64,000 nucleotides of DNA from an uncultured Gammaproteobacteria bacterium. GTDB taxonomy: Bacteria > Patescibacteriota > Microgenomatia > Levybacterales > GWA1-39-11. The DNA is taken from positions 18,315-82,314 of the forward strand of contig CAYMYC010000003.1 in NCBI GenBank assembly GCA_964394645.1. The letters are read 5' to 3'. The translations under genes and the position numbers were made by a program. This document shows, piece by piece, positions 19,807 through 30,687 of this stretch; within the stretch, counting starts at the first letter, position 1, and every line of letters starts with the position of its first letter. The notes under the pieces were generated by a model that did not search any database, was not told the origin of the DNA, and worked only from the letters and a program-made list of their open reading frames with translations.

Positions 19807-20574
19807 ATGTCGGTCAACCACGAATCACATGAAATTTTTGCTCAATACGGTATCTCAGAAGATACACTTTATCCAAAGATGAAGCTGTTTACATCTCGTT
19901 CTACTGTAGTTGACCCAATTATGCAAGCTATAAATCTTCAAGGGAAAATCTATGGAGAGGATCCTAGTATAAGTAAATACAATCGTTTTAGTACATCAAT
20001 TTCTAGGCGTGAGATTGACGGCGATATTATGGTTGCGACATTTGGGAATAGAGATGCAGGGATGGAATGTGTGGAGAGCAGGTTTCCGTCCGGGTTTACA
20101 GTAGAGGAGTTTACGGGAGGAGATTGGAACATAAAGGTAGCAGCCCAAATTGATAGCGTTTCAGAAAGACATTTATTAAGAAGTTTACAATGTCTTAATC
20201 CAGAAACTCAGGAAGAAGGAATAAATCAATTGGTGGAGGAGTGGCCGATTCTTACCATAAATAATCTCGGAAAGCTTAGCTTGAATTCTGAGGGTGTATT
20301 TAGTATGGGTATCTCTAAATCGGATGTAGCGCCTCTTTCAAGCTCAGAGGTGAAATGGGAAAAACGTGGAATAGTTTTTCCCCTTGATGAGATATATTCA
20401 TTTTTCCCTAGCCAGGATATAGAAGCTGATTTGGGAGTACATATAAGAAATTTTGACATCCAGGAAATGTTAGTTACACTTGGAAAAGGGGTAAGACAAA
20501 GAGATTTAACAATAGATGACTTACATAACTATGTGATACCGTATATAAAATTACAGGAGAAAACAAAGGTATAA
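19807..20574 (+). CDS. Hypothetical protein
   Basis: 255-aa ORF downstream of a TTGACC-17-TATAAT promoter match. Confidence 0.6.
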   Translation: MSVNHESHEIFAQYGISEDTLYPKMKLFTSRSTVVDPIMQAINLQGKIYGEDPSISKYNRFSTSISRREIDGDIMVATFGNRDAGMECVESRFPSGFTVEEFTGGDWNIKVAAQIDSVSERHLLRSLQCLNPETQEEGINQLVEEWPILTINNLGKLSLNSEGVFSMGISKSDVAPLSSSEVKWEKRGIVFPLDEIYSFFPSQDIEADLGVHIRNFDIQEMLVTLGKGVRQRDLTIDDLHNYVIPYIKLQEKTKV

Positions 20575-20608
20575 TGATTTTAAAGAACACAAAAAAGGAA
20601 TAAATAGT

Positions 20609-21454
20609 ATGAGAGTAGGAACAGTTGCCTTAATTGGAAGACCAAATGTTGGTAAAAGCACACTAGTAAACAACCTGGTGGGGCAAAAGGTGGCAATTAC
20701 AAGCCCCAAGCCTCAGACCACTAAGTTTCCTATATTTGCCGTGTATGAAGATGAGCGCGGACAAATAATATTTGTGGATACTCCCGGAATTTTTGCTAAG
20801 GCAAAGTTAGCTCAAGGAAAAGAGGCTAATAAAGAGTCTGAAAAAATTCTAAAAGAAGAGGTTCAAGCTGTATTATACATCGTAGACAAATCACGCGAAC
20901 GCGGGTTAGAGGAAAATAGAGTATTAGGTATGGTAAGAAAATTAACTGTTCCCAAAATCATGGTTTATAATAAGTCAGATATAACAGAGCCTGATTTTAC
21001 CGCCCAGTATAAATTTATGGAAGGGGAGTTTGATGCGGTAATTCATGTCTCTGCGCTCAAGAACCTTCATTTACCAATCTTGCTTACAAAAATCTTTGAA
21101 TTCATGCCAACAGGCGAAAAGTATATTGACCGTGCGTCTATGCCTATTGCCGCACTCAACATGGATTCCAATCTTTATATGGAAGAAGTAATTCGGGAAA
21201 AAGCCTACCTAAAGCTAAGACGAGAACTTCCCTATATGGTTAGAATCGTAATAGACGAGGTAAGACACAGAACAAATGGATCTATGTATATAAAGTCGCG
21301 TGTTTTAGTTCCTGACACACATTATAAAAAAATGGTTATAGGTGCAGGGGGTCGTATGATTAAGGAAATAGGGCTTATGAGTAGAAAAGAATTTGAGGTT
21401 GCGACCGGAAAGAAAGTATTTTTAGACTTAACGGTGGAGGTAGGAGAAATTTAG
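20609..21454 (+). CDS. era: GTPase Era
   Basis: GRPNVGKST, PQTT, DTPG, NKSD; C-terminal KH domain with VIGAGG. Confidence 0.96.
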   Translation: MRVGTVALIGRPNVGKSTLVNNLVGQKVAITSPKPQTTKFPIFAVYEDERGQIIFVDTPGIFAKAKLAQGKEANKESEKILKEEVQAVLYIVDKSRERGLEENRVLGMVRKLTVPKIMVYNKSDITEPDFTAQYKFMEGEFDAVIHVSALKNLHLPILLTKIFEFMPTGEKYIDRASMPIAALNMDSNLYMEEVIREKAYLKLRRELPYMVRIVIDEVRHRTNGSMYIKSRVLVPDTHYKKMVIGAGGRMIKEIGLMSRKEFEVATGKKVFLDLTVEVGEI

Positions 21455-21457
21455 CAT

Positions 21458-21991
21458 ATGAAAGAAATAGCTTCTCCTGTCGAGCAGATTATAAAAAGGG
21501 ATGCATTTATAAAGCCACATAGTCCATTTAATCCTTTTTATACTTTCGGGGAGGTTCCCCATAGGAGTAATTTTATACCTGCTGTTATTAGTACATTTGG
21601 TTATTCCAGAGGTTTTACTGATGCTCAGGCAGCGTGCTTCCAGTTTTTAGAAGAATACTCAGGTTTTCGCTATAAAGAGTCAATTGAAAATTATTTAGTT
21701 GCAGGGGGTTTTAGTATTTTACGTCCAGAAGAGCAGACCATGGTAATTAAAACCGTAAGGGGGGTAAGAGGTACACGCGGACACAAAACTGGACTAATAC
21801 AAGCCAGGTCAGAAGAAATAGGGGAAGGGTTTGATAGGTATTTAATCCGCGCAATGGAAGAAAAGAATCCATATTTGCAAAAGATTACAAATGGTAAAAG
21901 TTTAAAACCAAACGCTTTTTTAAGTAAGCTGAAAGAGTATGTTACTCAAGAGGAATATGAGCGTTATAGTGATACAATAATACTTGAATAA
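21458..21991 (+). CDS. Hypothetical protein
   Basis: 177-aa ORF directly after era. Confidence 0.55.
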   Translation: MKEIASPVEQIIKRDAFIKPHSPFNPFYTFGEVPHRSNFIPAVISTFGYSRGFTDAQAACFQFLEEYSGFRYKESIENYLVAGGFSILRPEEQTMVIKTVRGVRGTRGHKTGLIQARSEEIGEGFDRYLIRAMEEKNPYLQKITNGKSLKPNAFLSKLKEYVTQEEYERYSDTIILE

Positions 21992-22039
21992 ATTCCCCAC
22001 TTGATTTTGCTCCTTATTATCCCGTATATTAAATACCTG

Positions 22040-22519
22040 ATGCAAGACGATACAAATCTCATTAAATCGGTAGATACAGATGCAATTGAAGGTGAAGTAG
22101 TAGAAAACGCCTCAGTATCAGATTCTTCTTCTATATCAGATAACGCTGCGACAGTATCCCTGAGTCTTGAGAGCCTTATAAAGGGTCATTTAAATACACT
22201 GAGTAAGCTTAAAAATCAGGTTGCTGAACAAATGGATATGTTAAATAATGTTTTAGAAAACGATCCAACATATAAGCAACACTCAGAAGATGCAAAAAAA
22301 GCTACAAAAGTAAAAACTGCCACAAAGTCAGAGATTATGAAGCGTCCGGATGTTATGCAGGTTAACAATAAAATTAAGGCAGCTCGTGAGGAACAAAAAG
22401 AGCAACAACAGACCTTGTCAGAGCTTCTTGCTGAATACCAGAGAACCACAGGGCTTGATTCCATTGAAACAGACGAGGGGAAAATTAGAAAAATTATTAC
22501 AACGGCACGTCTTGGATAG
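22040..22519 (+). CDS. Hypothetical coiled-coil protein
   Basis: Helical, charged sequence; ATG at 22040. Confidence 0.7.
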   Translation: MQDDTNLIKSVDTDAIEGEVVENASVSDSSSISDNAATVSLSLESLIKGHLNTLSKLKNQVAEQMDMLNNVLENDPTYKQHSEDAKKATKVKTATKSEIMKRPDVMQVNNKIKAAREEQKEQQQTLSELLAEYQRTTGLDSIETDEGKIRKIITTARLG

Positions 22520-22588
22520 AGCATATTATTGCCTCATTCTTATACTCACGCACTTGATACTTACTGAATCCTACCGTATACTGTACCT

Positions 22589-22858
22589 ATGAGCTTACAG
22601 GATGTTTTCTACATAGTAGGACTGGTATATATGAGTTTGGGTATCGTGCTTCTCATAGCACTTGTGATTGTGGCTTTTTATATTAAAGGCAGGATTGACG
22701 CGATTCATAAAACATTTGATCAAAAGTTGCACTTCATTGAGAAGCTTACTTCTCGTCCGGCAGAATCCGCGGCTGATTTTGGAGCGAGCCTTGCTGAGGC
22801 TGCGATTGATCGGGTAAGGTCAGCATTTGAAGGAAACAAAAAGAAGAAATCTTCTTGA
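22589..22858 (+). CDS. Small membrane protein
   Basis: One TM; preceded by TTGATA-17-TATACT. Confidence 0.65.
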   Translation: MSLQDVFYIVGLVYMSLGIVLLIALVIVAFYIKGRIDAIHKTFDQKLHFIEKLTSRPAESAADFGASLAEAAIDRVRSAFEGNKKKKSS

Positions 22859-22897
22859 AGGATGCGGTATGAATATTTATAAAAAGATCTTCTGTAG

Positions 22898-23191
22898 TTA
22901 ATTACTGTCATTCAAAAAATCAAGGCTTGCATCATGATTTTTAAATTGTTTTTCCTCTCCACATCCGTTGCATTTACCCATTGAAATTTCTCCGTTCGGT
23001 TCATCAATTCTCCATCTGTGAGCGTGTTTCATAGAGTCAAGCTGAGAAGGATTTGTATTTTTTCCCTGGTCTTCTTGTTTGCCCTTTTTTTTATACAAAA
23101 GTGTATCCATCTTTTTCCAAGGACGGTTATTAGGTTCTATTGGAATTGTTCTTTGTTTAGGATTAGATTTTTCTGCAGACATAGAGCGCAT
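22898..23191 (-). CDS. Small putative zinc-ribbon protein
   Basis: 'HAHRWRIDEPNGEISMGKCNGCGEEKQFKN'. Confidence 0.5.
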   Translation of the reverse strand: MRSMSAEKSNPKQRTIPIEPNNRPWKKMDTLLYKKKGKQEDQGKNTNPSQLDSMKHAHRWRIDEPNGEISMGKCNGCGEEKQFKNHDASLDFLNDSN

Positions 23192-23268
23192 TATAAGATG
23201 TATTTAACTAAATTACAATAACATATGAAAAGAAGGTGAAGGCGCTTTGTATGGGGTAAATTTTTAAT

Positions 23269-23970
23269 TCACTGAAGAGTTATATGAAGTCTTGCCTGGT
23301 CTATAGTAGCAGGGGAATTAAGCTGTGTTTGTATTTGAATTTGGTAAAGCTTATTTCCAGCGGGCAGTGTCAACGGACCAGATATGAGTAGTTGTGGTGA
23401 CCCTCCTTGAGTTGTAACTTGAGAATTAGGGATAACATATCCATCAGTTGCATCATACAATTGAACAGACGCAATACCATTACTGGCAATAGATACTTCT
23501 AAGACTACGCTTGCAACATTCGTATAATTACTGATATTCACATATGCCTGAAGAGCAGAGAGTGTTGAGAAGTTTCCTTGAGACGCTCCAGTTGCTGCCC
23601 CAAAGGGAACGAAATATTCATTTGATCCAGAGGATATTTGTTGCGTAGTTGTATTGGTAACGTTTTGTGTTAGCTTAAGTGATGAGGTTGCAGTTCTTAT
23701 GGCAGCAAGACAGGTATTTGGGCATACGTCTGTTGCTCCTATCTGTTGGGGTGGTATAGTTTGTGTATTATTCTCTATTGAATTAGCTGTACCAGAGATG
23801 GTTTTTCCACCTACTGTGATATTTTGGACAATTGGGCGGGGTTTTCCAAGAAAAGTAAAGTAATTTAGTATTAATACGTTTAAAAAAAGAATACCTACTA
23901 AAACATAGATTAAATTTTCCCAAATCGTATAAAGAAAGCTTCTCACACAATAATCATAACTGGAATGCAT
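23269..23970 (-). CDS. Membrane-anchored extracellular beta-sandwich protein
   Basis: TM, CPxxC motif, beta-rich C-terminal domain; start uncertain. Confidence 0.6.
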   Translation of the reverse strand: MHSSYDYCVRSFLYTIWENLIYVLVGILFLNVLILNYFTFLGKPRPIVQNITVGGKTISGTANSIENNTQTIPPQQIGATDVCPNTCLAAIRTATSSLKLTQNVTNTTTQQISSGSNEYFVPFGAATGASQGNFSTLSALQAYVNISNYTNVASVVLEVSIASNGIASVQLYDATDGYVIPNSQVTTQGGSPQLLISGPLTLPAGNKLYQIQIQTQLNSPATIDQARLHITLQ

Positions 23971-24041
23971 GACTTCTTCAATATCAGAATGCTATATTCA
24001 TCTAAATATAGGCTTGTGATTTGTTATAATCTTTTTTTATT

Positions 24042-24734
24042 ATGACAAAGCATGAATTTTTAGAAAAATACGAAGCATATCCGCTTCTAGGTTTAGGTTC
24101 TGGCGGTTTGGATAATCTATATGGTATTCCTGAAAAGAACATTATAATTCGTTCTAAAAAAGAGTTTTCAGCTGAAAAATTTCACAAAGCAAAAAAGTTA
24201 TTCTCTGAATTGAGTGAAAATTATGGTATTTCAACGCCTCTTTTAAAGGTTCTTTCTCCAGGGGCAGAGGGAAGAGCAGTTGTAGCTGTTCAAAAAATTC
24301 ATGGAGTACCTCTTGCTGATGCTGTTTCAGGAGAAAATGAGATGCTTAAGTTTTCTGTTGAAGGACTATGTAATGGACTTATGAAATATGTTCTAGATAA
24401 ATTTGAAAGAGGTGGGGAATACTTATCAGATATCAGGTTAAAACAGTTCATGTGGGGTAAGAGAAGAACAGATGAACATGAGAAACCTTATTTTGTAGAT
24501 AGAGATCCCATAATTGGAGTTTATTCGCAAAAGAAAGATATGGATGCAATATTATTTATTCAAACACTCCCTGTAGATGTTGGAGAGATGATATTATTTT
24601 TTGAATCAAAATATGGAAAGGGAAGGATATCTGCAAGAAAAGACTTTCAATCATTTACAGCTAAAATCATGCAGGATAAATACATTAGTAATTTTGCTTC
24701 AAACCACTTACCTATATTTTCAAAATTCGCTTAA
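24042..24734 (+). CDS. Hypothetical protein with degenerate protein-kinase-like motifs
   Basis: 'LGLGSGG', 'QKIHGVPLAD', 'SDIRLKQFM', 'YFVDRDP'. Confidence 0.45.
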   Translation: MTKHEFLEKYEAYPLLGLGSGGLDNLYGIPEKNIIIRSKKEFSAEKFHKAKKLFSELSENYGISTPLLKVLSPGAEGRAVVAVQKIHGVPLADAVSGENEMLKFSVEGLCNGLMKYVLDKFERGGEYLSDIRLKQFMWGKRRTDEHEKPYFVDRDPIIGVYSQKKDMDAILFIQTLPVDVGEMILFFESKYGKGRISARKDFQSFTAKIMQDKYISNFASNHLPIFSKFA

Positions 24735-24812
24735 CAGCTTAAGAAAAGAAATTACTCTCGGATTCTGTTATAATAGGTATAACCCCCGAACGTGTTGGGG
24801 GATTTTTTAATT

Positions 24813-26642
24813 ATGAATATCAGAAACGTTGCAATTATTGCTCACGTTGACCACGGAAAAACCACGTTGGTTGATTGTCTTTTGCGCCAGGCAAAGACTC
24901 ATTTAGGGAAAGAGTTTGATGACACATCGCACCTTATCATGGACTCAAATGAATTAGAAAAAGAGCGTGGAATTACTATTTTTTCAAAAAATGCTTCTGT
25001 TGCTTGGAAAGATAACTCTGGTGAGGAGTATAAAATAAACATTATAGATACCCCAGGACACGCTGATTTTGGTGGAGAAGTAGAGCGAGTACTTACCATG
25101 GCTGATGGATGCCTGCTTCTAATTGACGCAAAAGAAGGTCCTATGCCTCAAACCCGTTTTGTATTAAAACAGGCGTTGAAGATGAAGCATAAGATAATAG
25201 TAGTTATCAATAAAATTGATAAGCCTGACGCTAGAATTAATCATGTAATTAATAAAACATTTGATCTTTTCATAGAACTCGGGGCAGATGATGCAACTGC
25301 AGAATTCCCGATAATCTATGCGTCAGCAAAAAATGGACTTGCGGGACTTGAACCAAAAATAGAGGACATGAAAGACATTACTCCTGTTTTTGATGCAATC
25401 TTAAAAGAAATTCCAGAACACAAGACAGATCCTGAAGCGCCACTTCAAATGTTAGTAACCACACTCGCCGCAGATACACATAAAGGACGAATTGCAATTG
25501 GGCGTATTTTAAATGGAAAAATAACAGCAGGACAAGAGATTATGCACATAAACCGAGATGGGGCACAGAAGAAAATTCGCCTTACTTCTCTTATGACTTT
25601 TGAAGGATTAGGTAAAATTGATGCTACAGAGGCTAAGGCAGGGGATATTGTAGCTATAACTGGAATACTAGATGTTAATATTGGTGAAACCATTGCAGAT
25701 GTAAACAACCCTATCGCACTTCCAGTCACAAAGATTGAAGAACCAACCGTTCGTATGACCTTCTCTGTTAATGGATCACCTTTTGCGGGGAAAGAGGGAG
25801 AATTTAAGACCTCTCGTCAAATAGAAGAACGTATTTATAAAGAACTTGAGACTGATATGGCGCTAAGAATTGAGAACAATCCCACAGGTGGATGGTTAGT
25901 TTCTGGTCGGGGTGAGCTGCATCTGGCAATTTTTATTGAGCGTTTGAGGCGCGAAGGATATGAGTTCCAAGTATCTCGTCCTCAGGTTATTAACAAAAAG
26001 GTAGATGGTAAGACAATGACCCCTTATGAGCAGGTATTTATTGAGGTTCCAGAAGAATATTCAGGATCAGTTATGCAGAAAATGGGGATACGACACGGGC
26101 AAATGGTAGAAATGAATATAGATAATGGAATTGTTATGTATGAATTCATTATGGCTACAAAAGATCTTTTTGGATATAGGTCTGAATTTTTAACTGATAC
26201 TCGAGGTCTTGGAATTATAAACACCATCTTTTTGGATTACCAAGAGGACAAGGGAGATACAATCCCACGAGAACGTGGATCTTTAGTTGCCTTTGAATCA
26301 GGTCCAACTACGCATTACGGATTGGTAAATGCACAAGACCGCGGAGTTTTGTTTATCGGAGCTGCAACCCCAGTTTACAAAGGACAAGTTATTGGTCAAA
26401 ACTCAAGACCTGAGGACATGCGGATAAATGTGTGCAAGATAAAACAGCAATCTAATATGCGCTCAAAAGGTGAAGGAGTTTCAGCACATGCAGATACTCC
26501 TAAGACAATGAGTCTTGAAGACGCATTGGAGTATATTGATGATAGTGAATTAGTCGAGGTTACACCTCAAAACATCAGAATCCGCAAAAAGATCTTAGAC
26601 GAAAACGAAGAGCGCCGTATGCGCGCCCAGGGAAAAATATAA
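24813..26642 (+). CDS. typA: Translational GTPase TypA/BipA
   Basis: [41 protein letters not shown]-terminal '[18 protein letters not shown]'. Confidence 0.97.
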   Translation: MNIRNVAIIAHVDHGKTTLVDCLLRQAKTHLGKEFDDTSHLIMDSNELEKERGITIFSKNASVAWKDNSGEEYKINIIDTPGHADFGGEVERVLTMADGCLLLIDAKEGPMPQTRFVLKQALKMKHKIIVVINKIDKPDARINHVINKTFDLFIELGADDATAEFPIIYASAKNGLAGLEPKIEDMKDITPVFDAILKEIPEHKTDPEAPLQMLVTTLAADTHKGRIAIGRILNGKITAGQEIMHINRDGAQKKIRLTSLMTFEGLGKIDATEAKAGDIVAITGILDVNIGETIADVNNPIALPVTKIEEPTVRMTFSVNGSPFAGKEGEFKTSRQIEERIYKELETDMALRIENNPTGGWLVSGRGELHLAIFIERLRREGYEFQVSRPQVINKKVDGKTMTPYEQVFIEVPEEYSGSVMQKMGIRHGQMVEMNIDNGIVMYEFIMATKDLFGYRSEFLTDTRGLGIINTIFLDYQEDKGDTIPRERGSLVAFESGPTTHYGLVNAQDRGVLFIGAATPVYKGQVIGQNSRPEDMRINVCKIKQQSNMRSKGEGVSAHADTPKTMSLEDALEYIDDSELVEVTPQNIRIRKKILDENEERRMRAQGKI

Positions 26643-26784
26643 ATGAGTATATTTACTAGAATGAGAAGTGGTACGTTCATTTAGTTGTTTTTCTAGTTCT
26701 TTTTCTACAATTTACAGCAATTTATTCTGCTTCCTTTTTTGCTTATATAGGAAGTGAATTGTTAGTTTTGTATGTTTTCCCACC

Positions 26785-26817
26785 AAAAAACCCCTCGTTG
26801 TAACTTGGGGTTTTTTG
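26785..26817. terminator. Bidirectional intrinsic terminator between typA and the RRM gene
   Basis: aaaaaaCCCC-tcgttgtaactt-GGGGtttttt. Confidence 0.7.
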
Positions 26818-26820
26818 TAA

Positions 26821-26878
26821 TTATCATTCCCAAACTTAGTTCGGGAAACATTTTCCTGAAGCAAGTTCAGGATGATAA
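26821..26878. repeat. REP-like double-hairpin element
   Basis: ttatcatTCCCAAACTTAGTTCGGGA...TCCTGAAgcaagTTCAGGAtgataa; outer TTATCA/TGATAA pairing. Confidence 0.6.
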
Positions 26879-26881
26879 TAA

Positions 26882-27229
26882 TTAACGGTCGTGACCGTAT
26901 CCACCACGGTTTCCACCGCGATCTCCGCCTCCTCTGAAGTCACGGCCACCGCCGTTTCCTCCAAAATCGCGTCTAGGTCTATCCTCTTTTGGACGTGCAA
27001 CTGAAACTACAATATTGCGTCCGCTAAAGTCTGCTCCATTAGCTTTTTCGATTGCTGTTTGTGCAGCAGCATCGTCTTCCATTTCAACAAATCCAAAGCC
27101 TTTGGATCTTCCAGAGAATTTATCCATGATGATATCAGCGGATAAAACTTTTCCGTATTGACCAAAGTGATCCTGAAGCATTTGGTTTGTTGTATTATAT
27201 GGAAGGTTTCCAACATATAATTTTGTCAT
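26882..27229 (-). CDS. RRM (RNP-1) RNA-binding protein with Gly/Arg-rich tail
   Basis: KLYVGNL, RSKGFGFVEM, RGG tail. Confidence 0.95.
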   Translation of the reverse strand: MTKLYVGNLPYNTTNQMLQDHFGQYGKVLSADIIMDKFSGRSKGFGFVEMEDDAAAQTAIEKANGADFSGRNIVVSVARPKEDRPRRDFGGNGGGRDFRGGGDRGGNRGGYGHDR

Positions 27230-27370
27230 AGTATGTATTCACCACCTTTCTGTATGGAGATTATATCTGTAATAAAAATTCGTGCGTACATGAAAAAAGA
27301 AATTGCTCGTGGAAAGGAAGAATCGCGAAGATAAACTACGGTCGCCTTACACAACTTGCACTTCATATGG

Positions 27371-27399
27371 AGTATACCATATGGGACAAAAAAGGGCAA
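27371..27399 (-). promoter_or_regulatory. Sigma70-type promoter for the RRM gene with ~135-nt leader
   Basis: Minus strand TTGCCC-17-TATACT; SD-like AAAGGTGGTGA before the ATG. Confidence 0.55.
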
Positions 27400-27419
27400 A
27401 TGAATAGCTATAAAAAACA

Positions 27420-29780
27420 TTATTCCTCAACGAAGCTGACTTCTATTGCTGTAAAGCCCTGTCTTATGATTTTTTCAAATACGGGAGGTTTGGGTTTTAT
27501 TGAGGGTACAGCATCATATTTCTTGATATAAAAAACAATATTTTTATAGGTATCTGGGTGGGGAGTAAATGATATTGGTAGAATCTGTTTAGATAATTCA
27601 TCTGAGTAAAAAGAAACAAAAAGGTAAGGGCTTTTTATTCTAGCGGTAGAGCTTACGAGGTCCATAGTTTCTTTTTTATTTAATCCAATATTTTGGCTAA
27701 AGCTTTTGAGTGTTTTTTCAAGCTTATTTCCGGGGATGATAACCCCCTGTGTAGGTTTTTGGATGATACGCAGTGCTGGTTGATAATCAAATTCAAATCC
27801 TGATAACACTTTGGTATCCACTAAAAAATCTCCGTTTTCAAGTAATTTTGCATTTAATCCTTTCTCAGGGAGTACAGACGCATTAATTGGGTATATAGGA
27901 GTACCAAACCTGACTGTAACATTTTTCCCTTTTTGTCCATAAAGATAGAGTGGGCTATCATAGCAGGCGTCTCCTGTTCCATTTGCTACCAAATTATTAG
28001 TTGAAGCTCTGGTTGAACTTGTTCCAATTTGTCCGCCACGCTCCAAGCATTCATAGCACACATTTGCGGAATCGTATGCCTCTTGAAGACAGGTGCCATA
28101 AGCTGCGGTCATGGGCTCAGGGGGTTTAGTTGAATCTCCTGTAAAATGATAATTACATCCTGCAATAGCTTCATCCATGCAGTAATTTCCCGTACCGGTT
28201 TGGGGAGGGGCTTGGGTAGGTTGGGGATTTGTAGTGGGTTTCGTAGGTTGTGGATTTGATGGAGTTTGGGTTGGTTGAGGAGCTGGTGGGAATTCTGATT
28301 GTCTATCTTCTCGTATGGGACCGAGCTTAGGTTCAATCACTATTGCTTGGAGAGATAGTGAGTATTTCTTTTCATTCAGATCAGCAATTCTGTTTGTTGA
28401 AAACTGCGATCCTAGTAAATTTTCTTTCGCAAATCCTAAGATTTGAAAGTAGGAGGGGACACTCAGAGGGAATATTTTTATATTGTTCGTTTTTGTATCA
28501 TAAAAATACAGTTTTTCCGCAAGCAAGGTATAATCTGCGCCTAAATTATTTATATAGGTATTTGTTGGTGTTTTTCGACTAATAAATGTTTGAGTAGTAT
28601 TTGTCCCTTCAATTACGTATGCCTTGTCGTCCAATGCAATAGATCCTACCATCTTATTTACGTTTATTTTTTTAGAGGTTTTTGTTGCAATATCATACAA
28701 ATATCTACCGGTGTTTTCTTGTCGCGTGGAGATTCGTTTATAGATTATATTTCCTGAAAGAGAATCCCATTGTGCGTCTGTGATGCTATCAGGTGCTACA
28801 TTTAACAGCCTTATTTTTTCTCTTGTTGCAGTATCAAGCACATCAAGCGTGTTTGTTGAGAGGATAACTTTTCTGTATGGTCCTGCAGCTTCAGTTCCGT
28901 TTCCTTTCGACCCATCATATCCTGCAAAGACAAAATATCTTCCGTCTTTAGACATTTCCGGTTGTGTTCCATACGTTCCATTCTCTAAGGATTGAATTGG
29001 AGCTTTTACCTCTCCGTTTATTGAAGAATAACTCATTCCATAAGCCATACCTACTCCAGAATTTGGCAGAAATGTATCTGTAAATACCTCGCCGTTATTG
29101 GTAACTCCAACAGGATAGTGAACGGGAGATGTGGTGGAGGAGGTCTCACTGTATAAAAGGTATTGTTTATTGTTTGCCGTATCCACTGAATAAACTCTGG
29201 ATTCACCACCTACTAATTGTGACGCGTTCGGTAGAGGTTTTACTGCCCATATTGCAAGATATTTTCCATTGGGTGATATTCTATAATCATCAATTCCAAA
29301 ACCGTCTGAAATAGTAAAAAGAACCGTTTCCTTTTTTTGTGTCGTATCGTTTTTGATGATTTGAGTTCCATAATCCCATGAATTTGTGTTTGCGATATAG
29401 GAAATAACTGATGGAGTTATTATTCTTATGTGTTTTATATTTTTTGGTAACTCAGTTAGTGCCTTTTCTTTTTGTTGGGTTAGATCGATAAGTCCTACTG
29501 AAACTCCGCTTGTGCTTCTGAAGGCATAAACGATTGAATTTGGTGATTTTTCCTTTGTTTGACTATTTGTTATAGTTTTAGATTTATTCAGCGTTGCGTT
29601 TTTCCTAACTTCTGCATTTTTTTCAACTGTTGATGAAATTATATTAATTATTCCTAGAAAAACTACTATTAGTACGGCTGTAAGAAGAATAACAAGTAAT
29701 TTTTTGTGTCTGAGTAATGGGTTTATTTGGTAGCTGGGTAGTGGCGACTCTGGTATTAATTGTTGTTTTGTTTCCTCCAT
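27420..29780 (-). CDS. Large surface protein: TM + beta-propeller + Pro/Thr linker + Cys-rich segment + C-terminal domain
   Basis: 'ISPNGKYLA', 'MSKDGRYFV'; PQPT repeats; six Cys within ~75 aa; 'PLYLYG' domain. Confidence 0.7.
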   Translation of the reverse strand: MEETKQQLIPESPLPSYQINPLLRHKKLLVILLTAVLIVVFLGIINIISSTVEKNAEVRKNATLNKSKTITNSQTKEKSPNSIVYAFRSTSGVSVGLIDLTQQKEKALTELPKNIKHIRIITPSVISYIANTNSWDYGTQIIKNDTTQKKETVLFTISDGFGIDDYRISPNGKYLAIWAVKPLPNASQLVGGESRVYSVDTANNKQYLLYSETSSTTSPVHYPVGVTNNGEVFTDTFLPNSGVGMAYGMSYSSINGEVKAPIQSLENGTYGTQPEMSKDGRYFVFAGYDGSKGNGTEAAGPYRKVILSTNTLDVLDTATREKIRLLNVAPDSITDAQWDSLSGNIIYKRISTRQENTGRYLYDIATKTSKKINVNKMVGSIALDDKAYVIEGTNTTQTFISRKTPTNTYINNLGADYTLLAEKLYFYDTKTNNIKIFPLSVPSYFQILGFAKENLLGSQFSTNRIADLNEKKYSLSLQAIVIEPKLGPIREDRQSEFPPAPQPTQTPSNPQPTKPTTNPQPTQAPPQTGTGNYCMDEAIAGCNYHFTGDSTKPPEPMTAAYGTCLQEAYDSANVCYECLERGGQIGTSSTRASTNNLVANGTGDACYDSPLYLYGQKGKNVTVRFGTPIYPINASVLPEKGLNAKLLENGDFLVDTKVLSGFEFDYQPALRIIQKPTQGVIIPGNKLEKTLKSFSQNIGLNKKETMDLVSSTARIKSPYLFVSFYSDELSKQILPISFTPHPDTYKNIVFYIKKYDAVPSIKPKPPVFEKIIRQGFTAIEVSFVEE

Positions 29781-29836
29781 ATAAATTTCTTTAATTCAGA
29801 GTACCAAAGAAGTATAGGATGCGTCAAGTTTATAGG

Positions 29837-30604
29837 TCATTTACTTAGGATAAATGTATTAATAACGTCACATATTCCGTCTTCTGTTACGGGTGGAGCT
29901 ATATAGTCTGCAATTGCCTTTAATTCAGGGATAGCATTTCCCATGGCAACTTTAAGTCCTGATGCTATAAGAAGCGGAAAGTCATTATAGCCATCTCCTA
30001 CACCAACAATTTCTTTACGTGTGATATTTAATTTTTCACAAACAGAAGCAATTCCGTGAAGTTTTGTTGCCTTAGCATGGGTAATATTAAAACCAAAATG
30101 ATTAGGTTTTTTGTGTTTTGACCTATGGAGCGTAAGGTCTGTCATGTGAGAAAAAAGTGAAAAAACCTTTTCAATCTTTTCCTCAGGGTAATCCTCTAAT
30201 GCATAGATCATATATGCCTTCTTGAAAGTTTCAGTTTTTTTAAATGGTCCCTTCTCATACGAGCTTTCATACATATTACTTTTAAGATAAAAGGGTATAT
30301 TTTCCTTATGTAAGATTTCGACTATTTCCTTTGCGCTTATATATGTAATAGGTTCCTCATAGATGACTTTTTTTGTTTTTATCTCAATTACGATTGCGCC
30401 GCCATTTGTTACTGCATATGCTGTGCCAGGCAATGCGTTTAAAATAGGTTCAATTGCGTTGTATGCCCGTCCTGTGACAAGGCATACGGCTAATTTTTTT
30501 TGAGCTTCTCGTAATGACGAAAGAACTTTTTTTGAGGGGAAAGACGCATAGTGATAGGGGATAAGTGTTCCATCTACGTCCACCATGAGTGCCTTATAGT
30601 TCAT
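29837..30604 (-). CDS. Cof-type HAD hydrolase
   Basis: DVDGTL, VTGR, K..G, GDGYND, AMGNA. Confidence 0.93.
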   Translation of the reverse strand: MNYKALMVDVDGTLIPYHYASFPSKKVLSSLREAQKKLAVCLVTGRAYNAIEPILNALPGTAYAVTNGGAIVIEIKTKKVIYEEPITYISAKEIVEILHKENIPFYLKSNMYESSYEKGPFKKTETFKKAYMIYALEDYPEEKIEKVFSLFSHMTDLTLHRSKHKKPNHFGFNITHAKATKLHGIASVCEKLNITRKEIVGVGDGYNDFPLLIASGLKVAMGNAIPELKAIADYIAPPVTEDGICDVINTFILSK

Positions 30605-30687
30605 AAAAAATTATATCACAAAATCTTGACATATCGCGTATATTTTTGTAGTCTTATAAGTACTGATTGTATTCAAAAAAATTCCTT

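Noticed and set aside
28190-28290. Tandem DNA repeats in 27420-29780 (similar ones near 46400-46520)
   Set aside because: They encode ordinary Pro/Thr/Gln linkers of surface proteins.
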